Shown: piece after piece, positions 1 through 9,352 of the stretch
Layout: every line of letters begins with the position of its first letter
Position numbering within the stretch: the stretch's first letter is position 1
NCBI GenBank assembly: GCA_038999725.1
Contig: JAWBWS010000001.1
Coordinates: forward strand, 129,711 to 193,710
Origin: Candidatus Aenigmatarchaeota archaeon
Lineage (GTDB): Archaea > Aenigmatarchaeota > Aenigmatarchaeia > CG10238-14 > SCSR01
DNA length: 64,000 bases
Direction: 5' to 3'
Translations under genes and position numbers: made by a program
Notes under the pieces: model-generated
Database searches by the model: none
Told to the model about the DNA's origin: nothing
What the model saw: only the letters and a program-made list of their open reading frames with translations

Positions 1-28
1 TAACTCCATAATTCAATTTTTCGATTCT

Positions 29-223
29 TTAAATAAATACTTCACAGAGCTCTGCCTTACCAAAAAGTTTACCTATGGTGAGTAAACATATCTCCTTTGC
101 TGTCAAACTAAAAACATTTGAATGAAACATTGATGAAAGCAAAATTACAGCTATTATTACGGTTAATATGATGGCTATGAGAATAACGATCCAATTTAAA
201 GTTAGTTCAATTGCACCTTTTAT
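29..223 (-). CDS. Short pilin-like protein with a putative class III signal peptide. It has no ATG; the only plausible start is ATA at 221-223.
   Basis: The minus-strand frame reads (I)KGAIELTLNWIVILIAIILTVIIAVILLS...: a KG motif followed by a ~25-aa hydrophobic helix, like the neighbouring pilin-like ORF. The SD-like AAGGTGGT lies 5 nt upstream of the ATA. It is last in an operon with FlaI/FlaJ-like genes. Confidence 0.3.
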   Translation of the reverse strand: MKGAIELTLNWIVILIAIILTVIIAVILLSSMFHSNVFSLTAKEICLLTIGKLFGKAELCEVFI

Positions 224-402
224 GGTTTACCACCTTTGATTACTCTTCTCAAAAATTCTTCGGTTGTATTCCATATTTTCCCAGATTTTATATTTTCAAT
301 TAATTCTTTTGAAGTAAAAATTAGGATTCCTAAAATTACTATAGCAACGAGTAGGAAAAGGATTATTATGTAAATGTAGTCTATTGTACTGATTCCTTTC
401 AT
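220..402 (-). CDS. Short type IV pilin-like protein (class III signal peptide)
   Basis: The N-terminus MKG|ISTIDYIYIIILFLLVAIVILG has an acidic residue at +5 after the KG and a single N-terminal transmembrane helix. It is 60 aa and sits downstream of the FlaJ/FlaI-like genes. SD GAGGT lies upstream of the ATG. Confidence 0.35.
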   Translation of the reverse strand: MKGISTIDYIYIIILFLLVAIVILGILIFTSKELIENIKSGKIWNTTEEFLRRVIKGGKP

Positions 403-521
403 TTAAAAACGACCTCTACTGGAAATTTTTGAAGGTATGTGATCACGAAAAGTACTAAAATAAAAAAGATTATCAACCCTATAATTATTGAGAGCACGAC
501 TTTTGCTATCCTTTCTTCCAT

Positions 522-2552
522 TCACGACACTTCAAATATACTTATTATCATTCCAGAGAGTGAAACATAAATAATAATTGAAATTACTACAAAAAGAATC
601 GTCGATACCAACAAAATTTTAGAAGTTTTATCAAGCCAAACAACAAGATCAAAACCAGTTTCTAAACCAACTATTAAAATTCCAGAAATTATTGAAACTT
701 CTATTAGATAGATGCCAATGACCAACTGAAAAATTGCAGGCGATACCCTTGAAGCTTTCCAAATATCAAAAATTGGTAGGCCAATTGAAGGGATTCCAGA
801 AACTTCTTCCGGAAGTATTACCCTACCTAAACTTAGAGAGAGTGAGATCAAAATCCCCATTATTATTAGACCAAGGGCTGTTGCTACACCAGTTACAATT
901 GGGTTTAAGAAGAAACACATGAACTTGATTGTAGATACATTATCAGAAACTAGATCTTCTATTTTGTTTTGAAGTGAAGACAGTTTTTTCAAATATCTGG
1001 AAATGGTACTTAAAGCTTGAGAAAGATAAATAGAACCTCTTGATGATATATCAACTATTATCCTGAAAACTGATGTAAGCAAAACAGAATTATATTTCCT
1101 AAGGATTCCTGTTTTCTTGTTAAACAATGCTGAATTCAAGCTTTCTCCAAGCAATATGCTATCTTTCAACTCTTTAAACAGCTCTTCTATTTCAAAAACT
1201 TTTGATCTTGTAGAAAGGGAAATTATTGATTTTTCAAATGGCGCACCTATTTTCAAAGAATGTGAAATCTGAAGCAATACAGAATCTATCTCTGATTCTA
1301 TTCTCCTTGTTTTTTTCATTTTCTCTATTATGCTGTTTGTATAAAAAATGATAGGTAGGGTGAAAATTAGGACAAGTGCAACCAGTAAGGTTGCACTCAT
1401 AATAGCTGGTGTCTTCAAATCACTCATCAGTGAGCTACATTCTTGGGCATCCAAGTTTAATTTTTCTGGTTTCTTCTCAGGTTCAAATTTTTCGTTCATC
1501 CAATTCGAGCAAAGTTTAAAGTTCTCTGTATGAGAATATATTGGGGGAACAAAAATGATGGAAATTGTCAGCGCTAAAATCAAGAGTAGGGGAAAGATAT
1601 TTGCTTGTTTGCCAAAAAAATTGAAAGTTAAGATCGGTTTATCCAACTCTATTGGTGAAGTCACCAAAGGTCTCCCGTTTATCACAAACATTATCAATAT
1701 CAGAAGAATTGTTGGTAAGAAAATATCATATATGAAAAACACTCCTATGATGTCAAGAAGTTCTGGCAAAAATATCGTCATTAACGGGATTAAAGTAAGG
1801 CCAATAACAGGAAGCACTAACCCTAGAACCATTATAGCAGTTGTTGGGAGCTTTAATTCTCTCGCATATTTTTCCATTCTTTGGTAGCTGTCTTCTATGA
1901 CCAAATTTGTAGCTTCATCTAATAGTCTCTCGCCTTGATAAGGGTTCTTTGAGTAAGATATTAAAAGCTTAAGTGCTTCGCTGAACTCTCTTGCCTCAAC
2001 ATACCATTTTTCGGCAACTTCATTTAGACCATCTTCAAAATTGTAAATTTTCTGTGAAATGAAATCATGTAGAATCTTGCCCAAATCTTCCCTTATAGGA
2101 CCCTTTAGATTTTTGTAAGCTAAAAGCACTGCATTTTCAAGATTTGGAAGTTGAGAGAGGGAGATAACCATATAAGTTATACAATGTGCCATCTCTGAGG
2201 ATGCTTGAGCACGAACAATTTTCACTCTTAAGTATGGATAATAGTAAATCGAAAACGAGAAAAATCCAAACATGAAGAATAATGGGAAAAAATAGGAAAA
2301 GTTGATGAAAAAAGAGATTAGAAAAATTGCCAAAATGGAAAAAATGAAGAAGAGAATAGCTGCAGATATGTTGGAAGTTGGTGGTATCTTGAGTAGAGAG
2401 AATTTTATAATCCTCTCTTCTTCTTTCATTTTTCTTTCGGTCAATTTTATTCTTAAAATCTTGTAAGAAAAATCGCAAAATAACTCATACAAACTCTTCT
2501 TTCTTTCTCTTTCAATCTCTTTATAGATTTCCAACACTTCTTTTGATACCAT
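522..2552 (-). CDS. Polytopic membrane protein, FlaJ/TadC/PilC-like (T2SS-F domain) pilus platform protein
   Basis: A 676-aa multi-TM protein with soluble helical segments between TM blocks. It lies immediately downstream of, and is co-oriented with, a FlaI/VirB11-type ATPase, as in archaeal type IV pilus and archaellum loci. Confidence 0.5.
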   Translation of the reverse strand: MVSKEVLEIYKEIERERKKSLYELFCDFSYKILRIKLTERKMKEEERIIKFSLLKIPPTSNISAAILFFIFSILAIFLISFFINFSYFFPLFFMFGFFSFSIYYYPYLRVKIVRAQASSEMAHCITYMVISLSQLPNLENAVLLAYKNLKGPIREDLGKILHDFISQKIYNFEDGLNEVAEKWYVEAREFSEALKLLISYSKNPYQGERLLDEATNLVIEDSYQRMEKYARELKLPTTAIMVLGLVLPVIGLTLIPLMTIFLPELLDIIGVFFIYDIFLPTILLILIMFVINGRPLVTSPIELDKPILTFNFFGKQANIFPLLLILALTISIIFVPPIYSHTENFKLCSNWMNEKFEPEKKPEKLNLDAQECSSLMSDLKTPAIMSATLLVALVLIFTLPIIFYTNSIIEKMKKTRRIESEIDSVLLQISHSLKIGAPFEKSIISLSTRSKVFEIEELFKELKDSILLGESLNSALFNKKTGILRKYNSVLLTSVFRIIVDISSRGSIYLSQALSTISRYLKKLSSLQNKIEDLVSDNVSTIKFMCFFLNPIVTGVATALGLIIMGILISLSLSLGRVILPEEVSGIPSIGLPIFDIWKASRVSPAIFQLVIGIYLIEVSIISGILIVGLETGFDLVVWLDKTSKILLVSTILFVVISIIIYVSLSGMIISIFEVS

Positions 2553-2556
2553 CCAA

Positions 2557-4794
2557 TCATCCTTTAATCTTTTCTTTAAACCAATTCAACCACTTCTCGT
2601 AAATCATCTTTGAATCTAAACCACCAACTTCTTGCCTAACTTCCTCTGAAATTATGTGAAACATCTCATTGCTTTCAACCACAAAAGCAGCTTCAAGTAC
2701 GTCGTCTCTGTTCAATTCCCTAGCAAAATCAACCATAGTTTGTTTTATCTTAGCCCTCAACAAAATATTGTCCCAAACTGCATCCCAATTACCTCTCCAT
2801 TCTCTCACACGCTTAGCGATTTCGTCCAAGACTTGACTCTCACCATTTATCAAGACATCAGTCGGCTTTAGCTTATCTTCTTTTGCCGAATACTCCATTA
2901 GTGTGACAAAACCTCCTTCATCCATTGGGTCTTGTCTCCAATGCTTTCTCACTTCTGTAAGCTCTGTTACACGCCTAAACCTTCTCAAACCATCTGGAGT
3001 CTTGAGCAAATTACAAATTGTTATCAAGTCTAAAGCCTTGAAACTTGTTGGTGGTACTTTCAAATCATTCACAACCCTATCAAAAACACCGTAAGCCGAT
3101 TCACCGTGAATTGTGCCTGCAACCAAATTGGCTAGGGCGCCGATTCTCATTGCCTCAAATAAAGCTTGTGCTTCTATTGACCTTACTTCTCCTATAATCA
3201 AAACAGAATCACCAAGTCTCAAAGCAGTTCTTAAAGCCTCTTCTGCTGGGAGTTCAGCTTCAACTCTTGTTATAACTGAACGAGATTTTAGCCTTTCTAT
3301 ATTGTAGCCTAAATTCATCAACTGCACTGCAGGAAGCTCTAAAGTATCTTCCACAAGGCAAAGGCGGAACTTTTTCATAACCTCGACCATTATTGCCCCT
3401 AACAAGCTTGTTTTACCAGAACCTCGACCACCAGCAACAAGCAAACTTCTTCCTCCGTCAATTATAAAACTCATAAGACCAGCATACAAAGGATCGAAAA
3501 ACCCGACTTTGATGAAAAGTGGAAAAGTCCATGGTTTTTCCCTATGTCTTCTGAAAGCATAGCCTAACCCATAAGGAGATAAAGTTCTTGTTATCGCCGC
3601 AACTCTTGCCCTTCCTCCAGGTATCAAAAGTTCTGTGTCCAAAACAGGATTAGCTTCATCTAAAGGTCTTCCTGAGTAAAGTCTGAACCTTGTAGCCCAA
3701 GACTCCGCATCTTCTTTGGTTGGTATGAGGTTTGTCTCACATTCTTCAAACTCAGTATGATTTATGAAGACTGGAGTTGAGCCTATGGGTGAATTTATGT
3801 AAATATCTTGGATTTTTTCATCAGCAAGCAAAACTTCTAAAATACCAAAACCTGCTGTATATCTTGTTAAAATTTCTGCCAACTCTTCGAGCTCTTGAGA
3901 AGAAAGCTCAATCCCCCTACTTCTGGCTATATCCCTTATTAAATCTCTTCCTATGCTCATGAAGACTTCCCTTGCTTTTTCTGGTTCGGTGAATTCTCTT
4001 TCCGAAGGTTTATGCTCAGCAAGGTATCTTCTGGCTAGGTCTAAAATCATATATTTCTCTTCACTCAATGTGAACTCGGGTGGAACTATGTGGTAAACAT
4101 ATCTAACTTTCCCTGGAACTTTGAAAATTTCGACAGAAGTACTACCAACAAAATATTTTTGAATTGAAACCCCACCTTTTGGAGGTATGAGCATGTAACG
4201 TGTGAACATGAAATTTGGTCTTATTAGGGGGAAGAAAATCTTCCTATAGAAGCTTCTGTCTCCTGGTTTGAATTGTAAATTGCTTTGCTTAGCAATTTGA
4301 ATTAAACTGCACTTTGATAAAATTTCTTCCATTGGTAATAGAACATTGTTTAAATATTCTGTGTGACAAGCCTTCATGTTTGATGCAGCTTTTTCTATCA
4401 TCTCCTTTTCCCTAGCAATCATTTTCTGGAGCATGAAGTAAGCCCCTATCGGATCTTTCCTCAAGACCTGTGTTACTAAAAATTGAAGTTCAGAAAGTCT
4501 TTTTGGAAAGAGTTTCTCACATTGTTGAGGACCAAATTTGGCTATTGAGATAAGCTTATCTTCATTCAAGATCTTGTTATAAGCGACTGCTATTTCTTTG
4601 AGAAGTTTAACTTGCTCATAGTCATACTCCCTTTCCCTCGTCTCAACCAAGACAACTCTTTCAGCAGCTTTGGCTTCGAGCAAGATATCAATAACAACAG
4701 CCATACAGGCTTCAGAATCTTCTATGCTTGGCTCTATTGCCCAATTCATTGCATTAATTCTAACCGTATTCTCAACAACTTCATATTCAACCAT
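2557..4794 (-). CDS. Type II/IV secretion system ATPase (FlaI/PilB/VirB11 family) with an N-terminal extension
   Basis: Walker A GGRGSGKTSLLGAIM, Walker B LCLVEDTLE and His-box-like motifs. A 745-aa protein. Confidence 0.75.
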   Translation of the reverse strand: MVEYEVVENTVRINAMNWAIEPSIEDSEACMAVVIDILLEAKAAERVVLVETREREYDYEQVKLLKEIAVAYNKILNEDKLISIAKFGPQQCEKLFPKRLSELQFLVTQVLRKDPIGAYFMLQKMIAREKEMIEKAASNMKACHTEYLNNVLLPMEEILSKCSLIQIAKQSNLQFKPGDRSFYRKIFFPLIRPNFMFTRYMLIPPKGGVSIQKYFVGSTSVEIFKVPGKVRYVYHIVPPEFTLSEEKYMILDLARRYLAEHKPSEREFTEPEKAREVFMSIGRDLIRDIARSRGIELSSQELEELAEILTRYTAGFGILEVLLADEKIQDIYINSPIGSTPVFINHTEFEECETNLIPTKEDAESWATRFRLYSGRPLDEANPVLDTELLIPGGRARVAAITRTLSPYGLGYAFRRHREKPWTFPLFIKVGFFDPLYAGLMSFIIDGGRSLLVAGGRGSGKTSLLGAIMVEVMKKFRLCLVEDTLELPAVQLMNLGYNIERLKSRSVITRVEAELPAEEALRTALRLGDSVLIIGEVRSIEAQALFEAMRIGALANLVAGTIHGESAYGVFDRVVNDLKVPPTSFKALDLITICNLLKTPDGLRRFRRVTELTEVRKHWRQDPMDEGGFVTLMEYSAKEDKLKPTDVLINGESQVLDEIAKRVREWRGNWDAVWDNILLRAKIKQTMVDFARELNRDDVLEAAFVVESNEMFHIISEEVRQEVGGLDSKMIYEKWLNWFKEKIKG

Positions 4795-4839
4795 ACAATT
4801 AATTTATCTATTCCACAAAACAAATGTTTATTGATAAGT

Positions 4840-5223
4840 ATGGTTACAAAAGAAGCTGAAATTGAGAGTTTTACAAGTGAAATTGTTAGAAGAATGAATG
4901 AGTATAGCAATAGAATAAAGAATGTCGAGTTGAGAGTAGAAAGAATGGAGAGTAGAATAACAAGTATAGAGGAGACGGTTCTCGCCCAGCTCAATAATTT
5001 GAAGCTGAGCTTAGAAAAACTATCACAAAAATTTTCCTCTATTTCAGAAAAATTGGGGAATATTGAAAGTGAAATCTTAAGGATAAATAAAGAGCTGAGC
5101 AAAACTGCACTGAAAAGTGACATTAAGAAAATAGAAGCTTTCATAGATGTTGTTAACCCCATAACCTCAAAGTTTGTTACAAAGGAGGAGTTAGAAAGAG
5201 CTTTGAAAGAAATGGAAAAGTGA
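4840..5223 (+). CDS. Coiled-coil protein, hypothetical (internal ATG start chosen)
   Basis: From MVTKEAEIESF... onward the sequence is a heptad-rich coiled coil. The upstream part of the listed ORF overlaps the ATPase gene and looks non-coding. Confidence 0.4.
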   Translation: MVTKEAEIESFTSEIVRRMNEYSNRIKNVELRVERMESRITSIEETVLAQLNNLKLSLEKLSQKFSSISEKLGNIESEILRINKELSKTALKSDIKKIEAFIDVVNPITSKFVTKEELERALKEMEK

Positions 5224-5268
5224 GATAAATTTGTATTTAAAAACAGAAATTAATAATAAGGGGAAAAT

Positions 5269-5922
5269 ATGCCTTTACCTTTTTTACAAAAACCTGAAGT
5301 TGTGAAAAAAGGTGTGCCTATAGAGAGAATAAGGGAGCTTTCCTCAAGGGGTTTTTCAGAAGTTGAGATAATTGACATTTTAAGAAAAGAGGGCTATTCC
5401 CCCGAAGAAATAGATGCTGGTTTAACAGAAGCTTTGAAAGCGGGGGTTAGTGGCATATCCCCTCCAAAAGAAGGTCCTGTGAGCTTACCAAAGCTAGAGG
5501 AACTGCAACCAAAACAAACTCCAATAGAGGTTCCTGAGACTTCTTTGCCTCAAGACTACTTTTATTACACTTCCCCTGCTTATGCTTCACAACAAGCATA
5601 TCCTACAGAGGAATATATAGAATATATTGTAAAAGAAAGAGTTGCCGAGCTTGATGATAAATTGAAAGAATTCACAATAAAATATTCTGAATTGGAAAAA
5701 AGATTTGCCGAACTTCATGAACAATTAAATGAGCTTACAAAAACCAAAACAACCACTGAGCAACTCATTCTCACCAGGTTGGATGAATTCAAATCTATTC
5801 TTGGTGATTTGGAAACAAGGATAGCTGGCTTAGAAAAAGCTTTCAAGGATGCTTTGCCTGCATTGATAGAGAGTGTGAGAGCTTTAAGCGATGTTGTACA
5901 AAGGATGAAGAAACTTGTTTAA
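5269..5922 (+). CDS. Hypothetical protein: small N-terminal helical domain, Pro-rich linker, C-terminal coiled coil
   Basis: The ORF has a clean start preceded by a GGGGAAAA SD-like stretch. Low-complexity PKEGP/PKQTP linker. No catalytic motifs recognised. Confidence 0.4.
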   Translation: MPLPFLQKPEVVKKGVPIERIRELSSRGFSEVEIIDILRKEGYSPEEIDAGLTEALKAGVSGISPPKEGPVSLPKLEELQPKQTPIEVPETSLPQDYFYYTSPAYASQQAYPTEEYIEYIVKERVAELDDKLKEFTIKYSELEKRFAELHEQLNELTKTKTTTEQLILTRLDEFKSILGDLETRIAGLEKAFKDALPALIESVRALSDVVQRMKKLV

Positions 5923-5951
5923 ACTTAAATTTTTAGAAATTAAATAAAAAA

Positions 5952-6557
5952 TTGGAGAGAATGAATAGAATTTTCAATTTTTTGATCACCACTCTTTTCT
6001 TCTTGATAGTATTTTCTTTTCCAGTTCTGGCACAAAACCCATTTCTTGACATGGTCAAAAGCTTCAGAATTAGTGGCGTCTTTGATATTTTCATATTCAT
6101 CCTCTTCTTTGTCGCTTTCTATGCAATTTTGACAAAATCAAAAGTCCTTGGAAGCAACCCTGGAATAAATGGTATTGTTGCTCTGATTGCAGCCTTTTTC
6201 ATTTCTCTTTATTCTACATTTACCGGCTTTAGTCTAATTGAGCCTCTCTCAAGATTTTTCACTCAAGCAAGTGTGATAGGAATTATGTTTATCATGGCCC
6301 TTGTTATAGCAAGTGTTTTTTATCCAGATTTGCCAAAAATGCTTGGAGAATATATAAAGGGGCCAGTAATTCTTTATGTGTTGATTCCGTTGGCTCTAGC
6401 ACTACTTATAACCTCTAGAACAATTTGGGTCCTTTGGGCCGGCTACAAAGTCACACCTGGAGCAGGATTAAGTGGTGATGTACCGATATTAATAATTGGT
6501 TTATTAATCTTTGGCGTCCTATTGATTATAGCAGGAATAATAGGAGGTAAGAAATAA
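5952..6557 (+). CDS. Integral membrane protein, hypothetical (signal peptide plus ~5 TM)
   Basis: Hydrophobic profile. The N-terminal signal-like segment reads FSFPVLAQNP. Confidence 0.4.
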   Translation: MERMNRIFNFLITTLFFLIVFSFPVLAQNPFLDMVKSFRISGVFDIFIFILFFVAFYAILTKSKVLGSNPGINGIVALIAAFFISLYSTFTGFSLIEPLSRFFTQASVIGIMFIMALVIASVFYPDLPKMLGEYIKGPVILYVLIPLALALLITSRTIWVLWAGYKVTPGAGLSGDVPILIIGLLIFGVLLIIAGIIGGKK

Positions 6558-7114
6558 TGGAAAGCCCATTTGAGCTCATGATTTTGAGGTTGCAACAACT
6601 TGGTTTCTTCACATTTATACTCCCCTTCATTTTTATGTCAGCTGTCCTATATGGCTTATTAAGAAAATCTCAAATTTTTGGACCAGCAGAAAAAAATGTT
6701 GTAATAAATGCTGTTATAGCAATGACTGCAAGTTTCATGGTCTTGGCAGCTCCAGTAATAGCTGGAATAAACATTGAACAACAACTTGCCAAATTCTTCA
6801 TTCAGAGCATGATAGTTGTTCTCGTGCTAGTTGTTGCTGTCCTTGCCGTTGGGATGTTTTTTGGACCAGATTTACCTAGCAAGATTCAAGAAAAACTTGG
6901 TAGCAAATATCTTGGTGGGTTGCTGATTGCTTCTATTCTCATTGGTTTAACCTTATTTGTCACAAGCGGTCTGATGAATGTGTTCTTTCCAGAAGGATTT
7001 GAGGGAATTGGAATCTCTGAAGATGTTGTGATTTCGATAGCGACAATAGTTTTTCTTATAGTAATAGTTGTGTTGATAGTAGTTTTCGTTAGTCGAGAGG
7101 AGAAGAAGAAATAA
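6557..7114 (+). CDS. Integral membrane protein, hypothetical (~5 TM)
   Basis: Hydrophobic profile. ATGA start/stop overlap with the upstream gene. Confidence 0.4.
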   Translation: MESPFELMILRLQQLGFFTFILPFIFMSAVLYGLLRKSQIFGPAEKNVVINAVIAMTASFMVLAAPVIAGINIEQQLAKFFIQSMIVVLVLVVAVLAVGMFFGPDLPSKIQEKLGSKYLGGLLIASILIGLTLFVTSGLMNVFFPEGFEGIGISEDVVISIATIVFLIVIVVLIVVFVSREEKKK

Positions 7115-7862
7115 TTTCAAGAAATTCTTTTTCTGTGAAGTGTAGTATTCCAGGAATTATTAAGACTGCTGGTAGTTCTATTTCCATTTCCATTAAATCT
7201 CTAAGCTGTTTGAAAAAAATTTTTGCTTCTTCACTCCCTGCTTTAGAAAAAGTGATAACTTTTTCATCCAAACTTATAATACCATCTCTTTTCATTTCTT
7301 CAAGCTTTAAGAGAATGTTGCAAGCCTCTTTAATACTCATGAATCTTTTCTCTTCGGTGTCTATATCTAGAAGACATAAGGTATGAAGCCCTCTATCTCT
7401 ATTCATCTTTATAGTCTCATAAATCGACTCTGGGAGCTTGCCTTTTGTCTTCTCTGGTAGAGGAATTGTGACAGAAGCTCCAAACTTGTAAAGGTGAAGA
7501 CCTGTTTCAGCTATCGCTGAAGCAATAGAAGAATTGTGTATGACCTTGGTCTTAATCCCTCTTTTCTTTGCATCCAGAAGTAAAGCTGAGTGTGTTGTAG
7601 CAACTAAAGGATCGCCACCAACAAAAATAACCACATTTCCTGTTTCAGCTTCTTTCAAAATTTCTGCAGAATTTTCTTCTAGATCTTTTCTCCTTAAAAC
7701 TCTTATCTCTCTGCCTATAATTTCTTCCAATTTTTTAAAATCACCAAACCAAAGGGTTGTGTACAGCTCGATATAAACTTTGTCTGCCTTTTTAGCCTCT
7801 TCTATTCCTCTTAAAGTTAAGTCCTTTTCATCAAACAAACCTAAGCCTATAAGCACAAGCAT
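7089..7862 (-). CDS. dph5: Diphthine synthase
   Basis: MLVLIGLGLFDEKDLTLRGIEEAKKADKVY...GDPLVATTH...HLYKFG matches the archaeal Dph5 / tetrapyrrole-methylase fold throughout. Confidence 0.85.
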   Translation of the reverse strand: MLVLIGLGLFDEKDLTLRGIEEAKKADKVYIELYTTLWFGDFKKLEEIIGREIRVLRRKDLEENSAEILKEAETGNVVIFVGGDPLVATTHSALLLDAKKRGIKTKVIHNSSIASAIAETGLHLYKFGASVTIPLPEKTKGKLPESIYETIKMNRDRGLHTLCLLDIDTEEKRFMSIKEACNILLKLEEMKRDGIISLDEKVITFSKAGSEEAKIFFKQLRDLMEMEIELPAVLIIPGILHFTEKEFLEIISSSPLD

Positions 7863-7889
7863 AATTCAATAATAGACTGAAAGATATTT

Positions 7890-8528
7890 ATGAAGATTTT
7901 ATATTCAGGAAAGACTGTTCAAGGTAAAGATCATGAAGAAAATGAAGATAGCCTGCTCATGGAGCAAAATTTAAAGCTTTTTGCTGTCGCTGATGGTGTA
8001 AGCATACCTAAGGGTGGGAAAGAGGCAAGTCAAAAGATATTGAAATACTTAAAAGAGTTTTTTAAAGGAAATTTGAAAAAAGCAATAGAAAAAGCAAATG
8101 AGGTATTTGTAGAAGAAAAATCCAAAAAATTTTTTGAAGGTTATTCCACAATAGCAGCAGTTCATCTTAAAGAAAATTCTATGGAAGCTTGCAATGTTGG
8201 TGATAGTCCAATTTTCTTGATTAGGAAAAACAAAATTGAAAACCTTGCCTTTCTTGATAGGCTTTTCGGTACAAGCAGTTTAACCCAAGCAATAGGTGAA
8301 AATTTTATTAAAGTTCATTCTGTTGAAAAAGAAATTGAAGTTGGAGATATTGTGATGCTAGCAACTGATGGTATAACTGATGTTTTAAGCGAAGAAGAAA
8401 TTGTTGAAGTTTTAAAAAAGCAAAGTGAATTAGAGAAGATTGTTGATGAAATCATACAAAAAGCTGAAAAAAAGCCAAGCTTTTATCAAGATGACAAGAC
8501 TTTGATTTTAATTAAGGTGATAGAGTGA
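7890..8528 (+). CDS. PP2C-family Ser/Thr protein phosphatase
   Basis: FAVADGVS, NVGDSP and ATDGITDVLSEEE motifs appear in PP2C order. Confidence 0.6.
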   Translation: MKILYSGKTVQGKDHEENEDSLLMEQNLKLFAVADGVSIPKGGKEASQKILKYLKEFFKGNLKKAIEKANEVFVEEKSKKFFEGYSTIAAVHLKENSMEACNVGDSPIFLIRKNKIENLAFLDRLFGTSSLTQAIGENFIKVHSVEKEIEVGDIVMLATDGITDVLSEEEIVEVLKKQSELEKIVDEIIQKAEKKPSFYQDDKTLILIKVIE

Positions 8529-9292
8529 GTTTTGACATCATTGGCAATAGGGAGAAGGCGATAGCAATTGTTGAAATTAAAGAAGGAGAAGATGAGAAGA
8601 AAATAGCTGAAGAAATAATGAAGAAGCATAAAAATGTTAAATGTGTATTGAAGAAAATCTCTGGAAGGAAAGGCGAGCTAAGGCTCAGAGAATATAAGCT
8701 CATAGCAGGTGAGGAAAATACAGAAGTTGTTCACAAAGAATATGGTTATATTTTAAAACTTGATTTGCAAAAAGTGTATTTTTCTCCTAGAGAAGCTGGA
8801 GAAAGGCAAAGAATAGCCAAGCTAGTTAAACCTGGAGAAAAGGTTTTGGTGATGTTTTCTGGCATAGCACCAATAGCCATAGCTATAGCAAAAAAACAGT
8901 CAGAAGTTGATAAGATCTATTGTATAGAAAAAAATGAAGAAGCACATAAATATGCTGAAGAAAATGTGAGAAAGAATAAACTTTCTCATAAGATTTTTTT
9001 GATTTGTGGGGATGTAGAAGAAGAGGCCAAAAAATTGGGAATTGAGTTTGATAGGGTTATCATGCCTTTACCATTTGGTGCTAAGAACTTCCTTGAAATT
9101 GCTTTCGGTTGCTTGAAAGAAAATGGAATAATCCATTTCTATTCTGTTGGAGAAAATTGCTTGGAAATTTTAAATGAAATAAAAGCCAAAGCTGAAAGAA
9201 ATGGAAAGAAAATAGAAGTTTTAAATATAAAAAAAGTTTCAGCCTATGCACCAAGGAAGTGGAAATTTTGCGTAGACTTTCAAGTGAGTTAA
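8525..9292 (+). CDS. trm5: tRNA (guanine37-N1)-methyltransferase, Trm5/Tyw2 family
   Basis: FDIIGN.AIAIVE, NVKCVL, KLIAGE, VYFSPREAGERQRIA and MFSGIAPIAIAIA motifs. 4-nt overlap with the upstream phosphatase gene. Confidence 0.7.
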   Translation: MSFDIIGNREKAIAIVEIKEGEDEKKIAEEIMKKHKNVKCVLKKISGRKGELRLREYKLIAGEENTEVVHKEYGYILKLDLQKVYFSPREAGERQRIAKLVKPGEKVLVMFSGIAPIAIAIAKKQSEVDKIYCIEKNEEAHKYAEENVRKNKLSHKIFLICGDVEEEAKKLGIEFDRVIMPLPFGAKNFLEIAFGCLKENGIIHFYSVGENCLEILNEIKAKAERNGKKIEVLNIKKVSAYAPRKWKFCVDFQVS

Positions 9293-9319
9293 TGGTTAAA
9301 AAAGCGAAAACATCTGAAA

Positions 9320-9350
9320 AAAGATAGATTTAAAAAAACAATTTTTTATC
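9320..9350 (+). promoter_or_regulatory. Putative TATA/BRE-like promoter for tRNA-Leu
   Basis: An A/T-rich TTTAAAAAAA box is centred ~25 nt upstream of tRNA nucleotide 1. Confidence 0.25.
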
Positions 9351-9352
9351 AA

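Noticed and set aside
734-1887. Several 60-110 aa + strand ORFs (734..922, 1348..1533, 1555..1887) inside the FlaJ-like gene
   Set aside because: They are antisense shadow ORFs of a long, well-supported minus-strand membrane protein gene. Their low-complexity composition fits AT-rich antisense frames.
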